NCBI GenBank assembly: GCA_013115125.1
Contig: JABANN010000041.1
Coordinates: 1 to 64,000 of the forward strand
Direction of reading: 5' to 3'
DNA: 64,000 nucleotides
Origin: Perkinsus olseni
Lineage: Eukaryota
How positions within the stretch are numbered: the first letter of the stretch is position 1; each line of letters opens with the position of its first letter. Both the position numbers and the translations under genes were made by a program. This document shows positions 51,400 through 63,100 of this stretch, piece after piece. Under the pieces are notes generated by a model. The model was not told the DNA's origin. It ran no database searches and saw only the letters and a program-made list of their open reading frames with translations.

Positions 51400-51487
51400 G
51401 CATCAATGATGATACGTGTCTAAATTGGAATACCTCGTTTCGGCTAGGCCTCGGTCGATGCCGATCTTTACACACGTTCTAAGATGC
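51400..51487 (+). ncRNA. C/D-box snoRNA copy 2 (variant D box CTAA, one guide mismatch)
   Basis: Terminal stem GCATC/GATGC, C box ATGATGA 51406-51412, guide GGAATACCTCGTT. Confidence 0.7.
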
Positions 51488-51621
51488 ATGAATTGTTACA
51501 CAGCTGGCCTATTTAACAAGCTGAACTAATCCCCCTTAGAAAGGTACGTCGGTGGTGCTAGTCTAACTAAGTCGTACTGTCGTAGGCGTTGGACTTTAAA
51601 CTCACACACAAACAACAGGCT

Positions 51622-51707
51622 GCCGATGATGATACGTGTCTAATTTGGAATTCCTCGTTTCGGTCAAGGTTCTCCCTGATGCCGATCTGTTACACACTTT
51701 CTGAGGC
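51622..51707 (+). ncRNA. C/D-box snoRNA copy 3
   Basis: Terminal stem GCC/GGC, C box ATGATGA 51626-51632, guide GGAATTCCTCGTT, D box CTGA 51701-51704. Confidence 0.85.
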
Positions 51708-51786
51708 TAAAACTTGTCCTTTACACCCTCAAAAATATACGTCATGAATTGCAACTTGTAAAAAGTTCGTATCGATGGAAAATGCA

Positions 51787-53767
51787 TCATACGAGCATGC
51801 GTGGAAGTAATCTTCCAAAAGCGAACTCTTTCCGAATTCCGCTCAGTGTGGTCTTCTCAATGGCCGTCGTGCGCGCCAGCGACTCGGTGTACTTCCCTTC
51901 AGTATAGTCGTCCATCATAGCTCGCAGTGTTTGCCGTGCTTCTTCGAACACGCCTTGGTCCATGTACCTAGCAACGACCTCGCGGGAGGCTGCCAGGGTG
52001 CCACCCACTCGGTGTAGTGGTGAACATGAGCCTTTCTCTTATACAGTCGCCAAAAATTCGCGTGCATCTTCTCGAAAACAGGGCGTATAGCGCAACTGTT
52101 CACGAGAGACAGAAGGGAGTACCTGCAGCTCGGTCTGTAGGCAAAACTGCGTGGGAGACAGAACTCACGGGTAGGCGGTGTTGGAGTTCCTCCCAGCTGT
52201 TGCGCTGATGGCGGTGGGCAACACGTTGCAAATGCCGATCTTGTAGCAGTCATCGAGATAAGCAGGCCGGTTCAATGTCTTCTTGATTCGCGTTACATTC
52301 CGGTTAACGTCGTTCAAGGAGCATTCGCCTGAGACCGAGTTTCGCTGTCAGACTCCAAGCCGCGCACACCTCTGAGTAGGAAGGCCGAGGCCAGCGAAAG
52401 AGATGCTCTAGGGTCGACTCCGGCACCCGATCCGACGAGCTGGGATCCGGGCGAGAACGCGTCCGTGAACATGTGGTCGAAGCTTCGAGGCTGCAAGCGC
52501 ACATCCTTGGACCTGCAACTGGCTGCTGGAGGACAGACCCCGAGTGTTGTACCGCTGGAAAATCGGACTAAGCGCAGGCAGCAGGAAGTGGGTGTTGGGG
52601 AAGGGCACTAGGTTAGAGGTTATCTCGTTGAGATCAACGTTGAGGGAGCCTTCGAACCTCATGGACGCTGTGAGGTCCAACCAACACCTACAACACGAGG
52701 AAAGCTGTCCAGGGCTGGACGCGGCGGGATACCTGGCCACGATGGAGTTCATGTCGTCGAACGTGGTCTGCTTGCTCGAGAACATCCCTCCCCCGCCCTT
52801 CTGTGGGCCACCGCTCACCATCGCAGCGGAGGCGTTGTAGGTGTTAACGATACGAGCAAGGGCGTCGTTGCCTACCACGATGTTGCCAGCTGACTGCCGA
52901 GTGCGCCACTGACTTATTGGCAGAACGCAGCTAGCATTCTCCCTGAGTTTCGTGAGGGACAGTATAGCGTTGTACGGCGAGGTGATGACATCATCTTCGG
53001 CGTCAATGGTAGGGAAGAGAGCCGACACGAAACGGTACGCCTTCGACCCGTACCTACTTGTGACACGCTCATTCACGATGGGCAGGAAACTCACTCGTCC
53101 TCAAGCCTCTCCAGTATGTAGGAGCCGAGTCCACTGCCGGTGCCTCCGCCGAGGGAATTCACGCAGAAGAAGGCCTGCAGACTATCACACGCTTCCACTG
53201 CATATCGGACCTTCTCCATCACAGAATCACCGTAGGTCGCGCCATACCTGCCAGCTGATGACGTGATGGTGTAGTCGAGAGCAGCAGTTACCCGAAATAA
53301 CCGTGGGCCCAGTTGTTCCCGGCACCCGACACATCGGTTACGCATTGCTGCTGGCGACAGTCGTTCGGCCGCTTTGGGTCACGGAAGAGACTCCCGATCT
53401 TACTGTTGAGGACCTGAGACGATTGCTAGTCCTTCTCTTAGGGAGATGCCACTACCTGGTTTATGACTCCCTGCTCCATATCAACTAGGATGGCACGCGC
53501 ACGCATATTCTCGAGGGGACTGTCACTGCCTGTGGGAATGTCGGAACCGTTGGCATCCAGGTTGCGAAAGAATGTTGAGATGCAGTCGTCGTACCTGAGG
53601 GGCCCTCGCAGTCAACGTGATACCAGAAGGTTCTACATGATAGCTCTGCCCTGAGCCTGTCGGCGGCGCGCTTCGGCCGAATGTTCTCGGATGACAAGGT
53701 CCCAGAACCTCCAGCCGATCTGATTGCCGCACTGGCCGACCTGTATCGTCACCACTTCACGAGGCAT
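51787..53767 (-). CDS. TUBE1: Epsilon-tubulin (multi-exon)
   Basis: [88 protein letters not shown]. Confidence 0.92.
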
Positions 53768-53941
53768 GGTTTCAGATAGGCATAGAGCAGCTTAGCCAAA
53801 GGAGTACAGAGTTTCAACGGAATCTCTCCCACTATGCAGGTTCCCAGAGCTGGCGGCATCACTTCGTTACTCGACCTACTTGCAACTCAACTCATCTCGC
53901 GGCATGCCTCAACAGTACACATGGCACAGGACAATGGTCAC

Positions 53942-56634
53942 TCACGCAAGGGGCGCAGTAATCGTAACTCTGTTCCTCTTCTTGCTGAACTTCGCCTGTG
54001 CCCTGGACTCCTGCACTGTGGCTGGTATTGGTAGTTCCCGCCCATCAACACGGATCCTGTTCGCGCACAGCTCAATGTCGAACCTCGAGGCGTCAGCCTG
54101 TTGATCGGCAGGAGTAATGATGCAGATCAGCTGCCCATCTTTGGTCTCCATGCTCACTCGTGGCTCGTCCTGGGAAGAAGCAATGGAAACACACCTACCT
54201 GATTTTGAAACTAACAGACGATGATGCCTTCATCAGTCGCACCACTTCACCTTCTCCTCAGGGCTCTTCTGCGGGACGTCATCAGCCCACAAAGAGTTGT
54301 AAGAGTGTTTGTCGAAGATCTGCTCAATCTCTCTTTGCATTTTCTGCTGCTCGGCCGGAAGGCCCGAGGATGTCTTCTGCTGTGCCGAGGCAGCTGAAAA
54401 AGAGGCGACGCGAATCCGAGGACTCCCGAAGGATCCCTGGAGGTGTGAATAATTGCTCCTGACCACAATCGACCACATTGCAAACTGAGTACGATTTTTT
54501 CCGATGCGCTTCCGATTCGTGTAATAGGGAGCTCAACGAGCGCGCAACCTTCATGAGGTAATGACACGCGAACCACTAGCCAAACCTATTCCAGGCCGTG
54601 TGCGCTAGAAAGAAAGACAGACGTCCCGGCGTACTGTCAACGATCTTGCACGATTGTCTCAGCTTCTTCGGTAGCCATCCCATTGGGTCGCCGGCGTTCT
54701 CCGGTATGACACCTTCGGTGCTCCCTGATTCACCGTAGAGCACGCCTTTCGTGTTCGTTAGGAAACCCGGCTTGAGAACGCCCCGGCTGCGCCTAATGGC
54801 CGCACCGTTATCCGCTACAACCTGAGATGTAAGTACGAAGTTGGCTTGTCTGGTGATCTGCCACTTAACAGTACTAACAGCAAGCGGTCGTTTAGCTCAG
54901 TCGGTTAGAGCATCGTGCTAATAACGCGAGGGTCGCAGGTTCGAGCCCTGCATCGACCATTTCACTTCGCAAAAACATGCCCTTGCTGTGCTCCCCAACC
55001 CCACCGATCGGACGGAGCGCCGTTCTCATTCTTGGACGTCATTTACCGGCCTTTGTGACCGTGTGACGCCAATATGTTTGGGTCCGCGGTAAATGTTTGG
55101 GTCCGAGGTTCGTGCCGCGGAAGGTAGGCCCTTTGGTACGACTTCTTGCTTTCTCTTATTCCAGACAGCTCTTCCGCTTTCCAACGGATGTGCGCCCTCC
55201 TCTGATGGACTCCTCGCCATCTCATCCGTTACCGGTTACGCGTCGCTTCCACGACCGGGGACCTTAATTTAATTAAGGTCCGAGGTTAAGGTCCGCGGTA
55301 ACGCGCGCGTCTGCGGCCAGGTGTCACCCGGCCTCAACTCGCGCCAGTGACGCAAGAGCCAGAGCGCACTCCCTGACAGGGAGTGCGACAGGGAGTCCCT
55401 GTCTAATGAGTTGCATTGCAGATCTCCTCTCCTACCACTTCTGATGAAGAGATCCCCTACGTCGACCCACCTCGATAAGCTTAGCTTCTCGGGCTCCCGC
55501 TACTTGTTCCGCTGCCGAGGCTTCCTTGACTTCCTCGACATCGTCCTGCTCATCCGCTGGCTCGAATTCGACGGGAGTGTTCGTCTGCTCATCGAGGAAC
55601 TTATAGGAGGCCTTGAGGAACCTGGTGGACGGGACATGGTTGCAGAGGCGGCATTCCCCACGTTAATCTCCTGGCTACTTCCACCCCCGGGAGTTGACCT
55701 CCTTCACTGGCTTGGCGTAATTCTGGACGTTTCTCAGCGCCACCGTGACGAGGTCCACAACTAAGGACTGCCGCGTGGTCTCCATCTAATGAGAGGGGAT
55801 ACTTATTGGCCGCTTCAGCGACAAAGAGGGGAGGAGCTATGTGCGATAGTTCAGAACTTAGCGCCGTCGCCTGCTTCGTTGGACTTGAATCGACGTGCTG
55901 AGCTGAGCTATCCGGGGTTCGCCCTAGTGCTGTGTGAGCATGGCAGCGAGCAGACCAATAAATCTTATTTTCTCGTGGCGAGATGCGGTCTTCAAGGCTC
56001 GAGCAACGGAATCGTTGATGGATCCCAAAACCCGATGAGGGTGACAGGAGTCCCACCTTCCCTCCTCGTTGAATGATCGGCACACAGTCGGCGAGTTTCG
56101 ATACCAACCAGGGCGCGAAAATGACGTCAATAGCCACACACGCGTTGCCCGCCCTGTCGAAGACTTTCCGGAAGCTGCCGACGTCCACCGGCACCTGATC
56201 AGCTCCGATCCCCTATGATGCTGGCCGTACTGGGAAGAACCTCCGATCTTTACCTGCATATTTCTGATCCCCATTTTGTCAACCAGATGGCCGTCCGCCC
56301 TAGCCCCACTGGGCAGCAGAGGACCCTCGACCAATGGATGGCCGCAAATATTAACGAACATTTTCGTGCTGGTGTTCGGGCGCCTGACGAGGATCCAGTT
56401 AGTCCAGTCCCCAACGAGGAGGCTGCTCGCCCACCGCTGAACACCAGCTAGTGTGCGTGCTTCGGGAACTTCACCGATTGAGGTGCTGGACCGAACCGGA
56501 GGAGCAGACGGCACTCACTGATGCAGCGTGCAAGTCGTCTTCATAGCGACCCCAGGCAAGGGAATGAGCTTCGGGCGTGAGTGGAGTCCAGCGCTCGGCA
56601 CAGCCGAGGACGGGTAGTTGGTGGTCCTACTCAT
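53942..56634 (-). CDS. PIH1-domain protein with a C-terminal CS domain (PIH1D/Kintoun-DNAAF2 family)
   Basis: LIPLPGVAMKT, KMFVNICGHPLV, PVDVGSFRKVFDRAGNACVAIDVIF (PIH1-N); AQAKFSKKRNRVTITAP (CS). Confidence 0.8.
54886..54959 (+). tRNA. tRNA-Ile(AAT)
   Basis: GGTCGTT TAGCTCAGTCGGTTAGAGC A TCGTG CTAATAA CGCGA GGGTC GCAGG TTCGAGC CCTGC ATCGACC A; full cloverleaf with one acceptor-stem mismatch. Confidence 0.95.
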
Positions 56635-56726
56635 ACCGATGTGAAAAACACCTATTCAGTGGACAGGGCCTCCACGATCAACGAAAGGGAACGCATGCAT
56701 CCGAAAGAGCACAGCATTCTCAACTC

Positions 56727-58987
56727 TCATGAGGGTTCATGATCATCATCGCCGGCGAGGACGCCTCTGGCCGCGGCTTGCCACTTAGATGTCTCACCTG
56801 AGACACCAGCACAATAATGGAGGGGTCGACTCACGAGCAGTGATATAGACCTCTGGTGGACTTCAGTAGCTTCTCTGCCGCTGAGTGTGTTTCGACTCTG
56901 TCACCCCTCGCCGCTGTAATCGTAGATGCTCTGTGAGGGAAGAGCTTCTCGTACAGAAAGACCAGGACCTGCGCGGACTGCCCGGTAGGCCCGACTAAGG
57001 AAGGCTAGCTGCCTGCACCGTCTACATAACACCAGTGAACCGTGCGATCACTAGCTTCATCATAGTAGCATCCCGTTATCAACTCCCAATCCTGTAGCTT
57101 CTCCACCTTCTGCTGTTCAGTCTTTCTCGTTCACAACAAGCCCTTGATGCATTCTACGACTACATTCCCCACAACGACCCCGCACGTCACCTCTTCACTG
57201 GACACTAGCGAGTCGAGCATATCCTGCCGCGTGTTACGAGGTGACGTTTGCTTCAACCCATAGCCGCTGTATCTTCGTCTACAGGCATCCTGGCAGAGCC
57301 AGTACCCTCCGAAGGTGGCGAGGCCACCGCTCTCACCTTGCGGGCCTCGTCAACGCAAGCGAGGAAGTAGTCCTCGAGCTCAGCCTGGCGGACGTATCTT
57401 TGACTGGCAGCTTCCTCGAGCATGTCATGTGTGCGTCTCAAGTCCCTGAGCTCTCTCTCCAACTCCCCTATCTTGGTGAGGTACTCGGCTTCTAGGGAAG
57501 ACACCTTGCCTAACAAGGCGGAGGTACTGAAGGCCGAGGGCGAAGCTGTTCCAGCCTACTCGCTGCTTCAACCATGGACATACCGCTTCTCTCCGCTGTG
57601 ACATACTGAGGTCGTTGAAGGCCAGACGTCGCGAGATGAGCACCTATTCGTTGCATTTCGACATGCGACGGAGGGATGTCGGCAGTCGCATTCTCCCGCA
57701 TGCTGAGGCGAGGACCTTGCAGCAAAACCCCACCCGATGCATCGCCAGCCGCAGGCTCCCCGCTTAGGTCTGGCGCCCTCGTCCTCTTCAGCACCGCCTT
57801 GAGCACCTTAACAGCAGCAGCGTGACGCACTGCCCTCAAGCAGCCTCTACTTTAGCCTGTCGCTTAGATGCCTTCATCTGGTCTTCCAAATACCTCTTGT
57901 CTTCACTCAATGCCTCAGACCGAGCTTGCCACGTCCCAACCTGACTTTCCGACTTTCCGCTCCGTCGTGAGCGTGTAGCTAACACCCTGCTCGGGGCTGA
58001 GCTCGGTTACCTCCTTGCGGTAGTCCTTGCATAAAGCGTCCAGGCGTAGCGCCTCAGACATGAACCACTTGAGCTCCTTCTCCAACTCCTGGACCCTCTT
58101 GTCTCGCCGCACCTTGTCACCTTCTTTGTCTGCTTTCACCTTGAGTTCCCGGAAGCTCTTCTGGACCGTGCTCCTGCCAGCCAAACTAGACTGACTCATC
58201 TCCAACGCCCCAGCTACATGTGGGATTTGTACGACAGCATAAAGTCATGCTCATGCCTCTGCAGGAGGTCAGCCACCCTCTCCGGAAGCGTCGCAGCCAG
58301 AGTGTTGAGTTGGTCGAAGAGGCCCAGTACTGAGAGACAACATGAACTCAATGCTCACCTTTTGATACAAATTTCCCCAATGAAAACAAGCTATAGACCC
58401 CCAAAATATTGCACATGAAACCCGTGTTTTTATAGCTTCAAGGTGATGCAAAAAAGGGCCCACAACTCTCTGATGCTGCGGAATGTGAAGATGTCACAAT
58501 TACCGTTTGCAAACTTTCGAAGAATTCTCTCCCATGGCGCAAGAGGCGACACATAGCTCGTACTGTTCTCAAGTTTTCAAGAATGAGTCTCTTTTCTAGT
58601 CACCCAGTAGAATTAAGTTACTCATAATGATGAAAATATCAGCATGCATATTTGCACCAGTCCTGATACGTGAAAATGATCATAAGCCTTCAAACACTAA
58701 TAGTGGACAAACAACATCCCCACGAAGAAGTGGATCGGGCTCCTACCCCTAGGTCCGGCCACAGGCACGCTAGCTAGAACGGAAGCCTTGTTCTCAAGTG
58801 CCCCAGGCTCTAGCGCTTGGTCATGGCTCTGCGACCCTCGGCGCTCTCTCTCGAGATTAACGCCGGTGAGGAAAGCTGACGAGTCATTCGCGTCGTCTCG
58901 GAGAGTCTCCGAGGAGCTGCTCCCCAGGATTCGCTCCACAGTTTCGGAGGACAAGGAGTCCGCTGTAGGAGGCTTGTCTTGATGCAT
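56727..58987 (-). CDS. Multi-exon coiled-coil protein, possibly cilia/basal-body associated
   Basis: [53 protein letters not shown]; heptad-rich exons. Confidence 0.6.
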
Positions 58988-59070
58988 TGGGCGAGTTGAA
59001 GGAGCTGACCGCAGTGGAGGCCCCGAACTCTCGACGATGAAGTGAACGACAACAGACACTGTAGAGGGAA

Positions 59071-61548
59071 TCACCGACGCTCAGTCCATGACACGTAGCC
59101 ATCCTGGACGTCTCGAGGGAAGAAAAGCTCGCCATCATCGAGGTGCTCGTCACGAGGCAGGAGAACAGCAGCGGGCGGACCTGCTGGGCACACGCTGAGG
59201 TCGACAGGGGGAGCCCCTACTGCCATCTGCACCTAGGGCATCACTGCGCGACGACAGCCCGGCTAAGGAAACCTCGTCAGCTTCTCCGACAGGACTGGCG
59301 GAGCTGAGGATATCGCCGCCCTCGATGCCCTACAACAGCGGAGGACAAGCTTCTGAACCTTCCCTACGGGAGCAATCCTACAAGCAGCACGAGGGAAACC
59401 CGCAGACAAACGAGCAGTAATCCTCGGAGGGGCTCAACTCGTCGTTTACTACAAACTTCCCCGAGATTGACAGCAGGTTCTAGCACGTACACACGCCAAC
59501 TCGGAAGCATTTCCCTAGACAGATGTCGGAGAGCTAGAATGCCCCTACCGCAGCTTGACCACGAGACCCGCCTAGCCGGACCCTGCTCCGAGGTCGCCGA
59601 TCGCGTGGGGTCAATCGACCCTCTCCGAACACCTTCTTCAGGCGAGCTCCTTCTCTTCCAAGATGGCGGGGATGGGGAAACTTTCGCGGGGATCGAGGTT
59701 CTTCCGGAGTAGGCCGCCAGGGAGCTTCAAGGTGCTCGTGCCATGGCCGGCCCCCTGGCTGTCGGCACCTGCAGGGAGGGATGGTGTAATGGGCGCTGCG
59801 ACCGTTCTGATGTAGTGCTGGAATGACGGTTGGCAGTGCCAACTTGGCACACAGGCTCCCAGCCGGGCAGGAGACGGAACCGTTGCTCTCCGTCACTCTT
59901 CGACCGATAGAGCACTCCTCGGACTCGGTCGAGGGACGGTCCCTCAGGGACCCCTTCGAAGCACTACACGTCGCAAAAAGGTCACGTCTCCAATATCAGC
60001 CAGCCCAGCCGGTTCCGTCGTGACTCGATTAGGCTGATGGCAACTGGTATCGAGCCCCTCACCTTTGCTGCGTGAGCTCCTCCTCCCTCCTCTCCTGCTC
60101 CTCCCCCGCGGTTCGCCTTCTCCGGACCGGCCGTTGAATGGTCCGATCAGCTTCAACGACATCCTCTTCGCGTAGGACCAATTTCATATGGCATGAAGGG
60201 CTATTTTGTACCCTCGGCTGCTCACCCTTACAACCAACCTCTCCAACGAGCACCAAGGGAGGCAGCTCCTCCTCTTCAACTCTCCTACATGATGGTCGAG
60301 CTTCCACGTCCAATATGAAAGGGGGCAGGCTTCCGAGGTCTGTGCTGTACTCACGGCCAAGGCGTCGGACAACCTGCTGTGTTGGCGAGTCATGGCCTTC
60401 CCCTATTGTTTTCGGCGGACAGCGAAGGTCAGTGAAAGCCTCGCCCTTGCGTGCATCCGAAACTGGACTGGAGCGGGGAGAAATACTAAGGCTGTTGCCG
60501 CCGCTTAAGGACAGCTCTCGTTTCTTCGAAAGCTGATCGCATGCCACATTCAGAACTTCTATCACCTCGGCGTCGGAAGGAAGATGTTCCACGGCCAACT
60601 GAAACCCCAGCGCCGGCGGTACCCAGCGACGCACTCAGGAGGCTGCACTACTCGTAGTCCTCTCCGGTATGCCGTCAACGCCTCTCGTCGCCTGCCGAGA
60701 TGCTCGAGCTGAGCCCCCACGCTATGCATGGCTGCCACCGTTGTGCTGTGTAAAACGCTTTGTTGACTCTCTAAGCGGCAACCTAGTCCATGGGTGCATC
60801 TGAAGTGGGCTGGCCATGCTCTCCAGTGATCCTAGCGCTCTTCACGAAGGCGTACCCGGGCGAATCATCAACCCGAGTGACGACTATGGACGGCGAGCGC
60901 ACTGTTGCCGCTGGAGAGCCTACAGTGCATTGAGAAGCTTCAGAGCTCCCTGAGCGTGTCGGAGGGATTGATGATGTCTCCCTAAGCGGCTGAGCACCGA
61001 GGAGATGTTCAGATGCGTCCCAGCCACTGACAGATCTGCACTCGGGCCTTGGGAACCCATCTCTAGGCGTAGGGCACGGACTAGGAACCTGAGGAAGGGA
61101 GCGCGGCGATTCCAAAGTTATGAGCGCACCTCATAGCTATATGAGGCTTGTCTATAGCCCTATAGTAAGAGGCCATATTGTTCAGGGTCATGGCGTGGAA
61201 GCTTATATCGGAAACGAAGGCGGCAAGAGCCTCGGCTTCTCTCAAGTGCGCGATGCAAGACGCCATGGACCCCTCTTGCAAGTCTCGAGTAGCCTGACGG
61301 TTCAGAGCCGCGATCTAAAACAGAGAGACGTAGCTCGGGACCTCTCGAACGCCGAGGAGAATCGCTGACAGTAACCAAGTCATTCGCGGCAAGTGATCAT
61401 CTTGAGTAGGTTCAATTGGGTTCACACGCGTTGACAGGGAAGTAACCCATCTTGCTACAGCGGCGACACGACGGCAAGGGTGCCGAAATCGCCTTAAAGT
61501 GGATTTCATACTTTCTGGGCATTCATCGACGAGCACAGCACTCGACAT
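59071..61548 (-). CDS. Multi-exon TPR-like protein with a disordered Ser/Pro-rich C-terminal region
   Basis: AHLREAEALA..AMTLNNMASYYRAIDKPHIAMR (TPR pattern), followed by low-complexity exons. Confidence 0.55.
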
Positions 61549-61893
61549 TCACTTGATGATGGGCCGCGACAGACTCCTCTTCAAAGCGTACAGCAGCCGA
61601 AGCTTCTCACTCTTGATCGTGCTGCATTTTGTTCTTTATCGCCTGCTCGTGCTCTCGTCGGAGTCGGCCTATCCTTGTCCGAACGGTGACCGACACTGCG
61701 ATTCATGGGACAGTGCGATCGAATCGCATCAAGAAACGACCAAGCTGGACAGTACCACGCAAAGAGAACGCCATGAAACTCAGCCTCTGAGAGGGCTCTG
61801 AAGGGTATCATCAACACAACGCCCTCGAGTGAAGAGAAAGCCTTCGTAGCTAAAGGCCACAACGTGACCATGGTCCCTAATAGCAGCGTACGA

Positions 61894-62886
61894 CTAGTCG
61901 AATATACTAGGGTCGATGCCGAACTCCTTGTCGACTTGCTCCTCGCTCATCCCTCCCCGAGTTGCGATGAACCTGAGGGAGCGAGGAGCGACAGCTGCCT
62001 ACTGGGTTGCCGCGCCTACTGCCTGACGGTGCATATGTTGTCGGTCCAGATGTCCAATAGATCTCGAGACCGCCGCATCTCCTCGACTGATAGAACAGTC
62101 GTGCCCACCAGCGACCGGTCGCTGATTTGTCGCCCACTTTGCTCTTTTATCTTGCTCGGATCGGTTGCTTCGAGGGCCTCCAGATCCGCCGTCAACTTCC
62201 GCCGTTTACCTTCGAGCTCTTCGAACTCCACGCGCATAGCTGCGGACTTCTCCTGAGGGAGACTTTGCGCGGCGGGGAGACACCGGCCCAGCAACACGGG
62301 TCTCGTGATGGCGGGACTGACCTGCGTGACGCCGCTAGCTCCAAGGGCCGATGAGATCTCCTCCTTGCGACCTTCGGCCTCTGCCAGAGCTTCCTCAGAC
62401 GACTGCAAAGAGGCTCTGGTCTTGTCAAGTCTGGTCATTAGTGCTGCCTTCTGGCTCGACGGGAGGGCCCAGTAGCTGCAGAGGCAGGAACTTAGCCGCC
62501 AGACACCACTCTGGTAATTTCGAATGCTTTCAGCACGATCGAGCACAGCCGCCAGGTTCTATTTCAGTGGCCAAGAAAACGTACCCCAGTTCATGCAGGA
62601 CGGCCCCCCTTCGAGCCGTACATGGGACCTACATGTTCTGCGAGCCAACTTTTTCCATGCTCACTAGGCGGTCGCCATCTACTAGATGCTGGACAACTTC
62701 CTTCACCGATTGCGGTACGATACCACACCTGAGCGAGCTTCGAGCCCAAAAGGGGTCGATGGGCTCCAACTTCTTGGCTATCTTTTCAATTTCCTTGAAG
62801 TTGTAAAAGCTCTGCTCGGCCATGAGTGCCTCATGAAGCTTCGCTTTCTTCTGGTCGAGGCTCAAACCCTTCGCTCGTTTCGGCAT
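61894..62886 (-). CDS. MND1: Meiotic nuclear division protein 1
   Basis: KGLSLDQKK, FYNFKEIEKIA, GIVPQSVKEVVQHLVD, EKVGSQNIYWALPS, coiled coil, DIWTDNI, DKEFGI. Confidence 0.92.
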
Positions 62887-63100
62887 CGTTTCGGTGACAC
62901 GGTAAGAAACAGGAACTGCTTTCGGGCCATCTCCGGACGAATGCAGTGCATCCTCTGCAAGCACGGTAAGTCGATTGTGTCGAAGTAGCTACGATCATCC
63001 TGAATAATTTCCTGCATTCGAGCCCTCCTCCACCATCGCTGTGATTTACCAACAAACGTCGGGTAAAGAAGCTCACCGAAACTGGAAACAGAAACGTTTG

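Noticed and set aside
51292-51707. Direct repeats read as a CRISPR-like array
   Set aside because: Eukaryotic context, irregular spacing and no cas genes; C/D boxes and an rRNA guide explain them
55441-55470. CTGATGA hammerhead-core-like motif
   Set aside because: No stem II followed by GAAA; other CTGATGA hits I checked also lacked it
59091-59107. SL-like CGTAGCCATCCTGG (also GTAGCCATCC at ~54671)
   Set aside because: Both are antisense within coding exons; short chance matches
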